Below are positions 17,721 to 29,221 of a stretch of DNA of 55,215 nucleotides, piece after piece. The DNA is from a virus. The translations under genes were made by a program, and so were the position numbers. Location of the stretch: positions 1-55,215 of the IMG/VR virus record IMGVR_UViG_3300002098_000007; one strand, written 5' to 3'. The notes beneath the pieces are model-generated. The model was not told where the DNA came from, ran no database searches, and was given only the letters and a program-made list of their open reading frames with translations. The stretch's first letter is position 1, and each line of letters opens with the position of its first letter.

Positions 17721-18677
17721 ATGAGCACTTCGGGCTCTTACTCATTCACGGTCAACCGGGATCAAATCATCCGGCAGGCGATGCTTACCATCGGCAAATT
17801 GGACGAGTCCGAAGTGCCCAACGCGCAGGAGGTCTCAGACTGCGCCTTTACGCTCAATCTGCTCATCAAACAGTGGCAGGGGCGCACTGACTTTGCGCCG
17901 GGTCTCAAAGTGTGGACGCGGCGTCGAGGTCACCTGTTTTTGAACGGAGCCTCCGGACAATATAGCGTTGGCCCGTCCGCTGTGGGTTGGACTGAGAACT
18001 ACGTGTACCCGCTCACCACCGCGGGAGCTAACGCTGCTGCCACCGCAGTGGTGGTTAGCTCGGCTTCAGGCATCGCCACGGGTTACAACATCGGCGTGCA
18101 GTTGGACTCGGGGTTGTTGTTCTGGACAACTGTAGCGTCGGTTGCTGGCACTACGGTGAACCTAAACGCCCCGCTGCCTAGTAAGTCTTCCAGCGGGTCG
18201 CAGGTATTTGCGTACCAGACCACTGCTCAGCAACCGTTGACAATTGAGACCGCGGTGTTGCGTGACAATCAGCTGAACGACACCCCGATGAAGATCATGA
18301 CGGTGCAGGACTACGACTACCTGCCTAGCAAAGTTGCGCCGTTGAACATTGGCGACCCCACGGCAATTTACTACGAGTTCCAACTCGGCAACTCTTATCT
18401 CTACACCGACATTGCCGCTGCTCAAGACGTCAGCAAGCATCTGGTGCTCACGTACTTAGAGTCCGTTCAGGATGTGCTTCAGGCATCTGACAACTTTGAG
18501 TACCCGCAGGAGTGGTTCCTGCCGCTCTCGTTAGGACTCGGCAAGCAGATCGCGCCGATGTTTAATGCGAGCTGGACAGCGCTGATGCAGGACAACTACG
18601 TCGAGGCGCTTTCAATCGCCCGACGTAAAGACCCCGAGCGTAGCAGTATGTTCTTTCAACCAGGGGCCGAAGAGTGA
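17721..18677 (+). CDS. Head-to-tail adaptor, P22 gp4-like N-terminus
   Basis: 318 aa. N-terminal RDQIIRQAMLTIGKL...VSDCAFTLNLLIKQWQG parallels the remembered P22 gp4 pattern (LVRAALRKLGV...AVDDLEAMMAEWYQDG). Its position precedes the gp10-like gene. Confidence 0.5.
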   Translation: MSTSGSYSFTVNRDQIIRQAMLTIGKLDESEVPNAQEVSDCAFTLNLLIKQWQGRTDFAPGLKVWTRRRGHLFLNGASGQYSVGPSAVGWTENYVYPLTTAGANAAATAVVVSSASGIATGYNIGVQLDSGLLFWTTVASVAGTTVNLNAPLPSKSSSGSQVFAYQTTAQQPLTIETAVLRDNQLNDTPMKIMTVQDYDYLPSKVAPLNIGDPTAIYYEFQLGNSYLYTDIAAAQDVSKHLVLTYLESVQDVLQASDNFEYPQEWFLPLSLGLGKQIAPMFNASWTALMQDNYVEALSIARRKDPERSSMFFQPGAEE

Positions 18678-20146
18678 AAGCGATACCGCTGTTTGGCGAT
18701 GGGGTCAACGCCTATTCCCCGGTGGTGTCGCGCCAACGGCGCTTGAACTGTTTTTACGACGTACGCAAGGACGGCGACAAGTACAGCTCAATACTCCGCG
18801 GTACGCCGGGTAGCGTTCGTTTTGTGCAGCTGCCCACGTACCCCGTGCGCGGTTGGCGCGTGGTGGGTAGTCTACTCTACGTAGTTGCCGGCTCGGCTCT
18901 CTACTCGGTTAACACTTCGGGTGCGTACACGGTGTTGGGGGCGCTGACAATCTCAAACAGCTCCGTCAGCATGTCTGACAACGGGGTGCAGTTGGGTATG
19001 GTGGACGGGGCGTCGCTTTACTGCTACACGCTGGTGACCGGGAGCTATTCTCAATCGGCTTTGAACACCGCGGGTTCGTTCGGCAAGGTGACCGATGCGA
19101 ACTTCCCCGCCGGGGCTACCTCGTTGGCGTTTCTGGATGGACGCATAATCACCAACCGCCCGAGCTCTCGTCAATTCTACGTCTCTGAGCAGTATGACTT
19201 GACGGCTTGGACAAACGTGAGCTCGCTGCCCACCTACGGCACTAAGGAAAATAGCTCAGACCAGTTGCTAGCGGTTGACGTTCTAAACGGTGCGTTGGTG
19301 TTGTGGGGGGCGCAGTCAATAGAGTTCTGGCAAGACGTCGGCAGCTTCCCGCTACCCTTCCAGCGCATTAACGGCGCTACGCAGACCTGGGGTCTCGCCT
19401 CGGTATACAGCCGGGCGTTCCTCAACAACACGATGATCTTTTTAGGTCAGAACCCCCAGGGCGGCGTTCAGGTCATGCTGCTCAACGGATACGCGCCTCA
19501 GCGGGTGAGCACCTCGGACATTGAGAACATCTTCAGCAGCTTCAGCACCGTGACCGATGCCACCGCGCTGACGTACATTGTTGACGGACACCCGATGTAC
19601 CAGATCAACTTCCCCACCGCGAACCGTTCGTTTTTGTACGATGCGCTTACGGGTATCTGGCAGGAAGTGCAAACTGGCCTCGCCATTCAGGCCCGACACT
19701 ACGGCAACCTCGGGGTGGCTTTCAACGCTGAGAATTACATCTCGGACTACAGCTCGGGCAACATCTATCAACTCCGCACTGATGTCTACACCGACAACGG
19801 TTCACCAATCAAACGTCAAGTCGCCTCGCGCCACATGCACGCCGGGGGTAACGAGCTCGCACTATCGGAGCTCTGGCTTGACATTGAGACCGGTGTAGGG
19901 CTGCAGGCCGGGCAAGGCGTTGACCCCCAGATCATGCTCCAAGTCTCCCGCGACGGGGGGCGCACCTTTGGCGCTGAAAAGTGGGTGTCGATTGGTAAAG
20001 TGGGGCAGTACCTTTCGCCCCGGGCGTATTGGAAGCGTCTCGGCTCTGCAAAAGATTTTGTCTTCCAATGGACGGTGACTGACCCAGTAAAGTTCACAAT
20101 TGTAGGCGGCTCGGCACAGCCCCGGGAAACTACTAACAATGGCTAA
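18674..20146 (+). CDS. Tail hub / tail accessory factor, P22 gp10-like (phage stabilisation protein family)
   Basis: 490 aa with a GTG start overlapping the upstream stop. By eye it is colinear with remembered P22 gp10 blocks (SIEFWQDVG..., MYQINFP...FLYD, LQVSRDGGRTFG...YWKRLG). Confidence 0.6.
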   Translation: MKAIPLFGDGVNAYSPVVSRQRRLNCFYDVRKDGDKYSSILRGTPGSVRFVQLPTYPVRGWRVVGSLLYVVAGSALYSVNTSGAYTVLGALTISNSSVSMSDNGVQLGMVDGASLYCYTLVTGSYSQSALNTAGSFGKVTDANFPAGATSLAFLDGRIITNRPSSRQFYVSEQYDLTAWTNVSSLPTYGTKENSSDQLLAVDVLNGALVLWGAQSIEFWQDVGSFPLPFQRINGATQTWGLASVYSRAFLNNTMIFLGQNPQGGVQVMLLNGYAPQRVSTSDIENIFSSFSTVTDATALTYIVDGHPMYQINFPTANRSFLYDALTGIWQEVQTGLAIQARHYGNLGVAFNAENYISDYSSGNIYQLRTDVYTDNGSPIKRQVASRHMHAGGNELALSELWLDIETGVGLQAGQGVDPQIMLQVSRDGGRTFGAEKWVSIGKVGQYLSPRAYWKRLGSAKDFVFQWTVTDPVKFTIVGGSAQPRETTNNG

Positions 20147-20759
20147 CCTCACGCAGCTACCCCCACCGGTCGGCTCGGGTGTTGACGCCGGAGCGGCTAA
20201 GGTCTCGTGGCCCTGGCTGCAGTGGTTTCAGAACCTGGTCTCAAACCTGAAAGCACTGCTAGGTACGTTGGGCGCGCAGTATTTGAACGCGCCTTACGGA
20301 ATGTTTCAAAGCAACGTGAGTCAGACACTCACCACTGCTAACACTCCCACGCGTGTGGCGCTTGAGGTGACCGACTACGCCAACGGTGTTTACGCCGTAG
20401 TGGGGAACGGGATTCACTTTCCGCAGGCCGGGCTGTATAACCTCACCTACAGTATTCAGTTTGCCAACACTGACAATCAGATACACAACGCGGTGGTGTG
20501 GTTCAGGCAGAACGGCGTTGATGTTGCCGGCTCGGCTAGCAAGTTTGATATCATTGCTCACCACGGCAGCGCTGATGGTTACGTAATTGGGGCTTCGGTC
20601 TTCCCGGTAAAAGCCGCCGCGGACGATTACGTCGAGCTCTGGTGGGCGTGTGACTCGACCACAGTTTACCTTGAGGCTTACACTGCTCAGACTTCGCCTT
20701 ACGCCCGGCCTTCTATCCCTTCGGTTGTAGCTACTGTTCAATTCGTAAGTAACGTTTGA
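20139..20759 (+). CDS. Tail needle / receptor-binding protein candidate with a C1q/TNF-like C-terminal knob
   Basis: 206 aa in the gp26 position after the gp10-like gene. The C-terminal ~130 aa have a jelly-roll-like pattern (GIHFPQAGLYNLTYSIQF...VWFRQNG...YVELWW). Confidence 0.4.
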   Translation: MANLTQLPPPVGSGVDAGAAKVSWPWLQWFQNLVSNLKALLGTLGAQYLNAPYGMFQSNVSQTLTTANTPTRVALEVTDYANGVYAVVGNGIHFPQAGLYNLTYSIQFANTDNQIHNAVVWFRQNGVDVAGSASKFDIIAHHGSADGYVIGASVFPVKAAADDYVELWWACDSTTVYLEAYTAQTSPYARPSIPSVVATVQFVSNV

Positions 20760-20811
20760 GCGGTTTAGGCTTGAACCTGAGTAAAATTCACGGTTGATAA
20801 AGAGGTAAAAC

Positions 20812-23658
20812 ATGGCTGAAAACGCACAAAATTATGGATGGCCTCAAAACGCAGAGCCTTCTACCTATTCTTTGCCAAGTCTTAGCGATATTTCAAAAGC
20901 AAGAACAAATGCTCGTCAGTTTGGTGACGGTACTGCCTATGCGCTTGATTTCAATGTAAACGGTCAAAATTACACGTTTGTGCCTAAAAACGTTGCATCA
21001 AATGGCGGCGTTACTGCTGGAGAAAACACGTATTTGCTGCCTTACTTTACGGACGCAAACAATCAAAAAGACTTTAACAAAAATGCTCAAGCGTTTGATC
21101 TTTCCTCAAACACTGGTTTAGCAAATTACCTTCAAAGCCAAGGTCAATCAACTAATGGTTATTTAATCCCAAGCGACAAAGTATCGTTTGATGGAAATGT
21201 GTTAACCCAACCGACAAGCACTTTGGGCGGTTCATTGTCTGGCCTTAAACAAACAGGCGATGGGTTTTCTTATGGAATTAGTGGCGGTCATGGTCAACGT
21301 TATCTGACTTCTACAGGTGAAGTTCATGACCCTTACGAAACAAAAAGCTCATTACTTGGTGATATTTTTGGTGGTGTTGGACAAAGCATTTCCGATTTTG
21401 CAAACACAGATTTGGGCAAAGCGGCTTTAGCTGCTGCCTCTATTTACGCAGGGCTGCCTCCTGAGGCTTCTGCTTTAGACGTTTCCGGAGCAGATGTTGT
21501 TACTGGAAGCATGGCGGGCGTAGCGCCCACGGCTGAGGCCGTCGCGGCAGGGCAAGCCGCCGCTGATACGACTGCCGAGGCGGCGGGCGTTGCAGCAACG
21601 CCCTCGGCTCCGGCTTTAACGACTTCTGATTTAACTGCTAATGGTGCTGTTTATTCTCCAGATCAAGGCGTTTGGATTGATCCTAAAACCGGGCAGATCG
21701 CGGCAGGCTCAGCCGGGGTTGCTCCGGACGCTTCGTCTTTTATTACGCCGATTGACACTACGAGTTTTCAATACACCCCGCCGAGCGTCGGCCCCGCCGT
21801 TCAAGTCGCTAGCACCGACGCTGGCGCGGGCGTAGCCGAGGCTGCACAAGCCGCACAGCCCAGCACATTGGCTTCTGGGTTGAGCACAGCACCCGAAATG
21901 ACCGCTCAGCAGACCCTAGACGCCATAAACGCGGAACAGCAAGCCGCGGGCGTGACTTCGGCGGCTGCGGCTCCCGCAACTGCGGCTTCAACGCTCAGCC
22001 CCACCACTCAGTCCGCGCTCAGTTCCGCGTTGAAAGGGGCTGCCGTTTCGGGCGGCATAGCCGCGGCTACGGGGGGTGACGTTGCTAAGGCGGCGTTGAC
22101 CGGCGGGGCTGTTGGGGGTGCTGTTGGGGGTGCAGCCCCCGCAATCAGTTCAGCAATTGGGCCAACTATGACAGATACCTTGGGAACCACAGGCGGGCAG
22201 GCCGCCACTTCGGCAATCACTAGCGCGATTCTAGGCGGAACCGTAGCCGCGGTTACGGGCGGTGACTTCCTGAAGGCCGCGCTCACCGCGGGAACCGTGG
22301 GGGGCGTTGCTTCCGCTGCAGGAGCAGTGAGCAACGCTATAAGTTCAGCCCTGGGTGTCACCCCTACAACAAATACAACAGGAGGCAACGTGGCCACAGG
22401 TTCGACTGGGACGACTATGGACGCCTCACAAATTCAGGCCGCGGTGCAGGCCTATGTTGACGCGGGATACTCTCAGGAGCAAGCTGCGCAGTTCGTGGCT
22501 GACGCTACGGGTTCCAACGTCGATGTTGTGAACAACGCGGTCATCAACGGGGTGGGTTCAATCACCACCAGCGACCAAGGCGCTTACACGCTCGCTTCAG
22601 GCGTCTCCCAGGCCGCAGGGGTTAACCCTGCCAACATTACCAACCCCGCCGGCGGAGCTGCCTCAGGAACCAACGTCATTACTGCCGCACTACAGGCCGC
22701 CGCAGCTCAGCAAGCCGGACAGCAACTCGCCGCCGGGGCAACCGGCGCAGCGGGTGTGTTGGCTCCGGCTTACACTGCCGCAGGCGCTAAGCAGGCCGCC
22801 GCACAAACCGGCGCCGCACAGACCCTAGCCAGCGCGTATGGCACGGCAGGGGAGCAACAGATCGCGGGCTTGAAAGACGCTCAGGGCACGGTGGCCAACA
22901 TCTTAGGTGTTGAGACCGCGAATCAACAGCCCTATCAAGCGCTGGGCACCGGAGCGGCTAGTACGCTGGCTGCGGGGCTCGCGCCGGGTGGGCAGTTCAA
23001 CAAACCTTTCAGCACCGCCGACATGGCCAACGTCATGCCTGCGTACACCTTTGCTGAACAACAAGCCCAGGCCGCGATGGCTAACAAAATGGCCGCCGGG
23101 GGACAGAACCTGAGCACCAACGCTGTTCAGGGTGCGGGTACGCTGGCCGCCGGGTTGGCGTCTCAGTACGAACAGCAGGCTTTTAACCAGTGGTTGCAGT
23201 CAAACAACCTGAGCCTAGGCGCGCTGCAGAACGCCGTAGCCACCGGACAGACTTCTACGGCGCAGTTGCAAAGCGCACTACAGCAGGCCGGACTCAGCAG
23301 CGAAGCTATTCAGCAGGCTATTGGGCAGGTCGGCGCTACCTCAACGCTCGGCGCTGCTCAAGCTACGGGTGCGGGGCAAATTGGCGCGGCTAACGCGCTG
23401 GCGGGTGCGGACGTTAACGCCGCGGGGGCTACTGCTTCGGGCATACTTGGGGCTTCTAAGGCTCAGGCCGCAGGCACCACCGGCACAGCCAATGCGCTGA
23501 ACACCGCTATCGGCAATATCAGCACAAATACCGTTCAACAGAACGCCACTACGGCAGCCAACAGCCCGATTAACAACCTGATTGCGCAGAACCCGGCAAA
23601 CACCCTGGCTAGCGGGTTGTCTCAGACCTCAGCTACCGGCGGAACCTTGAAAATTTAA
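20812..23658 (+). CDS. Internal virion / ejection protein candidate, largely Ala/Gly/Thr/Gln low-complexity
   Basis: 948 aa, first of three large ORFs between the tail hub and the fibre. Residues after ~210 are almost entirely A/G/T/S/Q. Confidence 0.5.
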   Translation: MAENAQNYGWPQNAEPSTYSLPSLSDISKARTNARQFGDGTAYALDFNVNGQNYTFVPKNVASNGGVTAGENTYLLPYFTDANNQKDFNKNAQAFDLSSNTGLANYLQSQGQSTNGYLIPSDKVSFDGNVLTQPTSTLGGSLSGLKQTGDGFSYGISGGHGQRYLTSTGEVHDPYETKSSLLGDIFGGVGQSISDFANTDLGKAALAAASIYAGLPPEASALDVSGADVVTGSMAGVAPTAEAVAAGQAAADTTAEAAGVAATPSAPALTTSDLTANGAVYSPDQGVWIDPKTGQIAAGSAGVAPDASSFITPIDTTSFQYTPPSVGPAVQVASTDAGAGVAEAAQAAQPSTLASGLSTAPEMTAQQTLDAINAEQQAAGVTSAAAAPATAASTLSPTTQSALSSALKGAAVSGGIAAATGGDVAKAALTGGAVGGAVGGAAPAISSAIGPTMTDTLGTTGGQAATSAITSAILGGTVAAVTGGDFLKAALTAGTVGGVASAAGAVSNAISSALGVTPTTNTTGGNVATGSTGTTMDASQIQAAVQAYVDAGYSQEQAAQFVADATGSNVDVVNNAVINGVGSITTSDQGAYTLASGVSQAAGVNPANITNPAGGAASGTNVITAALQAAAAQQAGQQLAAGATGAAGVLAPAYTAAGAKQAAAQTGAAQTLASAYGTAGEQQIAGLKDAQGTVANILGVETANQQPYQALGTGAASTLAAGLAPGGQFNKPFSTADMANVMPAYTFAEQQAQAAMANKMAAGGQNLSTNAVQGAGTLAAGLASQYEQQAFNQWLQSNNLSLGALQNAVATGQTSTAQLQSALQQAGLSSEAIQQAIGQVGATSTLGAAQATGAGQIGAANALAGADVNAAGATASGILGASKAQAAGTTGTANALNTAIGNISTNTVQQNATTAANSPINNLIAQNPANTLASGLSQTSATGGTLKI

Positions 23659-23669
23659 GGACTAAACAG

Positions 23670-25325
23670 ATGGCTATCTCACTTTCTTCAGGCCTGCCTG
23701 CGCCTTCTACGCTGCCTACGGGTCTGGCTGAAATACCCATGCAGGGGGACTTTAATGCGCCGCTTAAGGTGCAGGCTCCGGCCACGGTTGACGTTCTGGG
23801 GGAAACCTCACGTGCGTACAAGTTGTCAGATCAGATGATGCAACACCGGGAAAAACAAGAGGAAGAGCAAGACCGGCTGCAGGTCAACGACTACGTCAAA
23901 CAGGGCGGCAACTTCAGCACCCCGGAAGGCATAAACAAAGCCGCGCAGGATTTACGCGGTAAAGTCTCCGCCAAATCGTATCAAGAACTAGTGACCCAGG
24001 CTCAGCAGTCGGCCACGTGGCAAACTAAGATGAACGAGGCGTATGCTAAATTGCCCGAGCAGCAGTTCAAACAGACCGAAGCACAGAACGAACTGGTACT
24101 GCAGCAGCTCGAGCGCGCTAGCATGGCGTACGACGAAGCCGCAAAGACTAAGGGCGAACCCGCAGCAATTGAAGACTTTAACGCTGCTAAAAAGGCCGCT
24201 ATCGCCTACGTCAGCAACCTGAAAACCCCTGACGGCAAGCCCATGCTAGGTGAAGATTTCATTTCTAGCTATTCCGAGATGTCACCCGCGATGGTGAAAT
24301 CGATGCTCGAAACTAGCAAATTTCATCAAGCCCGACTCAGAGACGCTTCAACAATTCGCTTAAACAACGCCAAAGCGCAACAAATCGAGCAGGGCGGGCC
24401 TGAGGTCGCCCGGCTCGCCGCGCTCGAGGAAGAATTCGGAAAGGACAGCCCCGAGTACAAGGCCGCGCTGCTCAAAATGCAGGGTAAAGGCGGCGCGGGC
24501 GGCGCGGGCGGTAAGGGCAACATGAACCCGGACGCGATTGATATTGCCGCCGAGCGGTTGTTGGTGGGTGACACCACCGCGTTGACCAACATCGGACGCG
24601 GGGCACAAGGCGCAGCGGACATCGCAGCCATCAACAACCGCGTGGCCACGCTAGCTAAGGAGCGTTTCGCCAATCCGCAAGAGGCCGCACAGCGCATAAT
24701 GCAGGCTCGGGCTGAACTGCGTTCCGCCAGCAAGGGTCTTGATACACTCGCCAGCCGTAGCGCCAAAATTGACTCCGCAGCGCTTGAGGTTGACAAATTC
24801 GCCGACAACGCGCTCAGCGCGCTTGACAAAGTGTCCCGGGGGGACATTGTTCCGGTTAACAGCATCCTGCGCAAAGTGGCCACTGGCTCGGGCTCGCCTG
24901 AGGAGGTCGCCTTTGCCACCTACGTGCAGTCGCTCTCCGGCGCGTATGCGTCGGTAATCTCACGCGGTAACCCGACTGTGAACTCGCAGCGCGAGGCGGC
25001 GGACATCATCGGCAAAGACATGAGCAAGCCTCAGTTCCGCGCGATGATAGCCGCGCTCAAGAACGAAGCCAAAGCCGTGCAGCAGTCTTCAACCGAGGCG
25101 GCTAAAAACATCAAAGCCGAGGCCTTTAACCCTCAAGGCTCTGAACCCGGTAAAAACGCTACCCCGGCGACCGCTCCGGCCCCGACACCTGGCGGGGGTG
25201 GCCCGGTGAAGATTAATTCTCCCGAGGAGTTAAAAAAGGCAGTGTCTGAGGGCCGTTTAAAAATCGGTGGACATTTTGTGGGGCCTGATGGCGTGGACAG
25301 GGTGCTCAAAAAGGAGCCTAAGTAA
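23670..25325 (+). CDS. Internal virion / ejection protein candidate (coiled-coil rich)
   Basis: 551 aa with a central [12 protein letters not shown] linker. Position is analogous to podovirus ejection proteins. Confidence 0.5.
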   Translation: MAISLSSGLPAPSTLPTGLAEIPMQGDFNAPLKVQAPATVDVLGETSRAYKLSDQMMQHREKQEEEQDRLQVNDYVKQGGNFSTPEGINKAAQDLRGKVSAKSYQELVTQAQQSATWQTKMNEAYAKLPEQQFKQTEAQNELVLQQLERASMAYDEAAKTKGEPAAIEDFNAAKKAAIAYVSNLKTPDGKPMLGEDFISSYSEMSPAMVKSMLETSKFHQARLRDASTIRLNNAKAQQIEQGGPEVARLAALEEEFGKDSPEYKAALLKMQGKGGAGGAGGKGNMNPDAIDIAAERLLVGDTTALTNIGRGAQGAADIAAINNRVATLAKERFANPQEAAQRIMQARAELRSASKGLDTLASRSAKIDSAALEVDKFADNALSALDKVSRGDIVPVNSILRKVATGSGSPEEVAFATYVQSLSGAYASVISRGNPTVNSQREAADIIGKDMSKPQFRAMIAALKNEAKAVQQSSTEAAKNIKAEAFNPQGSEPGKNATPATAPAPTPGGGGPVKINSPEELKKAVSEGRLKIGGHFVGPDGVDRVLKKEPK

Positions 25326-28300
25326 TGAGCTGGCTTGACGAATACTCGGTGCCGTTTGACCCGGGCACGGGCGGTGACAGCTGGGACAACGCCGGGAGCG
25401 CGGCCTTCGGCGTGTACCCGCAGATGAGCGGACGCCGTAAGGCGCAGACTCCCGAGTCGGTTGAGCAGGCTAAAGCAGTGCCGGTCTCTCTTGCTCGAGG
25501 TTCGGTGGCTTCTGGTCTGGGTCTGCCCGTAGACATTGCCAACGCGATGAGCAACCCTGAGGCGGGCTTGCCTATTTCGCCTGCTGAGGGGGAAGACATT
25601 TTCTCCGGTCAACAGAAGCAACTCCCTTACGGAACTGAGTTCTACCGCAATAATCTACCCCTCAAGCAGGAAGGCCCCGTCAACGTAGCCGCTGAGGAAC
25701 TGGGCACAATGATTCCTGCGACTGAGGCGCTGGCTCAGGGTGCGGTCAAAGCGGGCAGGCTCGCGGGCCAGGGTGCGCGGGCACTCGCCCCCACCGCAGG
25801 CGCCATGGCTATGCGGGCGGCTGAGGTCACCGGCGCCCCCGTGCGCGGGTTGGGGGTGGTTAAAGAAAAGGGCGGCAACTGGCTTGTTAATTCGGTTGAA
25901 GAGGGCGTACAGGGTTTAAAACAAAACGTCTTGAATGAATTAGGTTTGAAAAACCTAGCCGAACGGGCGGGCGCAGACGTTGCTGAAGAAGTAAGAGTTA
26001 GACAACAACCTACAGAGGCTTTAAACAGTTGGATTGACAAAAAACTCACCAAGTACATTAAAAACGAAATGGGCACTGCGGAAGACCCTATTCGCAAATT
26101 GGCCGAGCAGGACATTTTACATGTCAACCCTGACACTTTGAATTTCAACTTAGAAACCTACGGCAAGTACCCGTCTGAAGGTCAAAGGTTTTTAGCCAAA
26201 TCTGACAAAGCTAAAGCATGGGAAGGTGCTTCGGATTTGAAAATTGGCAGCGGTACGCGTGACAACCCTTATCGCCCGGGCGAGCAGATGTTAGAGCACG
26301 GTGTGAACGAGCCCCGCGACCTGCCTGCCGATTTGGGGTTCGATCACGTTATTGACGTTTTGAGGGAAGAACTCGCTTCTGGTAAGCTCAAACCCGCGGA
26401 CTTGGAAAAGATCAGCGTGGCGGATGCCGTCAAACGTACACATGCTTACAACGTAGAGCGCGAAGAGGCTATGCGTAAGGCCGCGTTGCAGAGCATGGAG
26501 GGTATGCCCGTTGCGATGCAGTTTCCCGACAATAGCAAAATTGTACAGCTAACTAAGCCCGGACAGTTCGCTGCCGAGTCTGACGCCATGGGCCACTCGG
26601 TTCGAGGCTACGAACCCGCAAAGGGTTCAACCGACTGGGTTAAAGAGTCTGGCAACTCGGGCAGTGGCAGCTATGGACACGGCGGGTGGGAGGGAGTTAA
26701 GTCAGGTCGAGCTCAGGTTTACTCGGTACGCGGGCCTGAGGGCAAATCGTTCGCTACGATTGAAGCCGGAAGACCTCGGCTTTACGGCGAGACCGCCGTC
26801 GACTACCGAGAGTTGACGCCCGAGAACTTTGACAAAAAGTACGGCGCGGGGTTTCTGGAAAAACAAGCCCATGATGTTACTCAAATCAAAGGGCCTAAAA
26901 ATGAAAAAGTAGACTCTAAAAAAGCCGAACAGATTAAAGATTTTCTCAACTCTAAAGAGTGGGGTAAGGCGAGTGATCTTGACAAAGTGGGCTTGACGGA
27001 CACCAGAAACTTACAAGATTTAAGCAATCTCGCGGGCGATTTGTATGACGTCACCGGCAAACCTCGACATCTGATGGAAGACGTCTTAAAAGAAGCGATT
27101 GAAAGCGCCAATTTGCCTCGTTTTATTTCAAGAAGCGACGCTATAAAAGCGTTGGGCTTAGCCGGAGCAACGGGCGCTGCGGGGGCCGCGCAAGCCGCAC
27201 CTGCTGAGGGCATGCTCGAGCCTGGAAATATTGACCTACACGCGCGCCCCGTAGTTAAGAACAAAGACGGCTCAATCAGCACTGTGCGCTCGATGTCAGT
27301 CAACTTTGACGGCAAAGAGGTGCTCATTCCTACGGTCTCAGACGACGGTAAAATAATGTCTGACCGAGAGGCTATTGAGGTTTACAAAAAGACCGGCAAG
27401 CACCTGGGCAAGTTTAAAACCCCGGCGCAAGCCACCGCCTACGCTCAATCCCTGCACGAGGCGCAGGCTCAAGAATACCTACCTAAAGGTGAAAATAAAA
27501 TGGCAGACAAGAACTGGCTCGACGACGTATCCGCCCCCGCAGCGGACTCGCAATACGACATGGAAGAGTACTCGGCCCCGGCGGGCGAGACCACTGTGCA
27601 GCGTATCAAACGCCTAGGCCGCTCCGCCGCAAAAGAGATGGGCCTCACCGGCGAGCAGTCTGCAAAGAACCAGGGTCGCGTACCGCCCGAGGCGGTTAAA
27701 AAAGCGCTGCTCGGCACGGGCGAGGCGGGCCTGCAAATGCTGACCGGCGGAGTGTCGAGTGCGGTGGGGGGTTTAGCGGGATTGGGCCGCATAGGGTATG
27801 GGTTAGTCACGGGTGAAGGTGGAGAGGCTATGCGTAAAGGCGCCGAAGTGATGACCGCTACGCAGAAAGCAGGCACCTACGAACCCCGCACCGAGACCGG
27901 TAAAGCGATTAGCGAAACCGCAGCGGTGCCTTTCTCGCTGGCTGGCGAGTACGCCGGTAAAGCGCTCAAGCCTGTGGGCGGGGCTATTGGCGAAGCCGTG
28001 GGCGGTGAACGGGGGCGCATTTATGGCGAGGCCGCCGGGCAGGCCGCGGGCGAGTTGGCTCCGCAAGTCGCCCCGGTGCTTTACGGCGGGCGTAAGGCCC
28101 TGACCGAGGCGGGTAAAAAGCCAGTCGCCGTTCAGCCTTCCAATGCGCAAGAAGCTGCGGCTATCAAAGCTCAGCAGACGGGCTACGTGTTGCCGCCCTC
28201 AGAGGCTCGCCCCTCGCTGCTGAATCGCTTTATTACCGGCTACGGCGGCAAGCTCCAGACCCAACAAGAGGCCAGCATCAAGAATCAACCCCTCACCAAT

Positions 28301-29221
28301 ACCCTCACCAAAAAGGCGCTCGGCATCGCAGAAGACGCGGAGCTGTCAACTGAAACCCTCAACGCCGTACGCGCCAAGGCTGGCGAGGCGTATCAAGCTG
28401 TCAAGGACACCAAAGAACCCATTTACAGCAACACCAAATACAAGCAGTCGATTGACGCGCTGAGCAAAGACTGGCAGGCCGCTGAGCGGGACTTTCCGGA
28501 AATCGCCAAAAACAAGGGTGACATCACTGACTTGCAGAACATGATGCGCAAGGCGCAAATCAGTCCCACGGGGGCGATTGAGATGGTTAAGCAGTTGCGC
28601 AGCGAGGCTAAGACTAATTTGAAGGCATTTGACAAGCCCGACAAACAGGCCCTGGGCCGTGCGCAACGCCAGGCGGCTGAGGCGCTTGATCAACTCGTTG
28701 ATGACAACTTGAGCCAGAACACCCTAGTCACCAAAGCCAACCCCGACCTTGTAAAAAATTACCGTCAGGCACGGGAGCTTATCGCCAAGTCTTATGACGT
28801 TGAAACCGCCTTGAATGAGGCTACCGGCAACATCGACGCTGCTCGGCTGGGTCGGTTGTTGTCTAAGAAGCAGCTCACCGGCTACCTCAAAGACATTGCC
28901 GAGTTTCAGCGCGCATTCCCCAAGGCGGCACAGCTGCCTGAGCGTATAGGGGCCGCGCCGGGTATTAGCCCGTTGGACGTTGCTACTGCCGGAATAGAGG
29001 GCACTTCGGCGCTCGCAGCGGGTAAGCCCGGCCTTGCCGCGGGGGCTGTCGGCACTGTGCTAGGCCGTCCGGTTGCGCGCAGTATAGGGCTGAGCGAGAG
29101 ATACCAACGGGGGCCCGGCTCGGCGCAACAGTTTGACCTTTCAGGACGTAAAATTTTACCTAAAGGCGCGCCCCTCGGCGCTGCTGGAGCACAATCAGCT
29201 GTTGAGAGACAAGAACAATGA
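25325..29221 (+). CDS. Large internal virion / ejection protein candidate
   Basis: 1298 aa, the largest ORF of the block. It has several modules separated by Ala/Gly linkers, including [42 protein letters not shown]. Confidence 0.55.
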   Translation: MSWLDEYSVPFDPGTGGDSWDNAGSAAFGVYPQMSGRRKAQTPESVEQAKAVPVSLARGSVASGLGLPVDIANAMSNPEAGLPISPAEGEDIFSGQQKQLPYGTEFYRNNLPLKQEGPVNVAAEELGTMIPATEALAQGAVKAGRLAGQGARALAPTAGAMAMRAAEVTGAPVRGLGVVKEKGGNWLVNSVEEGVQGLKQNVLNELGLKNLAERAGADVAEEVRVRQQPTEALNSWIDKKLTKYIKNEMGTAEDPIRKLAEQDILHVNPDTLNFNLETYGKYPSEGQRFLAKSDKAKAWEGASDLKIGSGTRDNPYRPGEQMLEHGVNEPRDLPADLGFDHVIDVLREELASGKLKPADLEKISVADAVKRTHAYNVEREEAMRKAALQSMEGMPVAMQFPDNSKIVQLTKPGQFAAESDAMGHSVRGYEPAKGSTDWVKESGNSGSGSYGHGGWEGVKSGRAQVYSVRGPEGKSFATIEAGRPRLYGETAVDYRELTPENFDKKYGAGFLEKQAHDVTQIKGPKNEKVDSKKAEQIKDFLNSKEWGKASDLDKVGLTDTRNLQDLSNLAGDLYDVTGKPRHLMEDVLKEAIESANLPRFISRSDAIKALGLAGATGAAGAAQAAPAEGMLEPGNIDLHARPVVKNKDGSISTVRSMSVNFDGKEVLIPTVSDDGKIMSDREAIEVYKKTGKHLGKFKTPAQATAYAQSLHEAQAQEYLPKGENKMADKNWLDDVSAPAADSQYDMEEYSAPAGETTVQRIKRLGRSAAKEMGLTGEQSAKNQGRVPPEAVKKALLGTGEAGLQMLTGGVSSAVGGLAGLGRIGYGLVTGEGGEAMRKGAEVMTATQKAGTYEPRTETGKAISETAAVPFSLAGEYAGKALKPVGGAIGEAVGGERGRIYGEAAGQAAGELAPQVAPVLYGGRKALTEAGKKPVAVQPSNAQEAAAIKAQQTGYVLPPSEARPSLLNRFITGYGGKLQTQQEASIKNQPLTNTLTKKALGIAEDAELSTETLNAVRAKAGEAYQAVKDTKEPIYSNTKYKQSIDALSKDWQAAERDFPEIAKNKGDITDLQNMMRKAQISPTGAIEMVKQLRSEAKTNLKAFDKPDKQALGRAQRQAAEALDQLVDDNLSQNTLVTKANPDLVKNYRQARELIAKSYDVETALNEATGNIDAARLGRLLSKKQLTGYLKDIAEFQRAFPKAAQLPERIGAAPGISPLDVATAGIEGTSALAAGKPGLAAGAVGTVLGRPVARSIGLSERYQRGPGSAQQFDLSGRKILPKGAPLGAAGAQSAVERQEQ

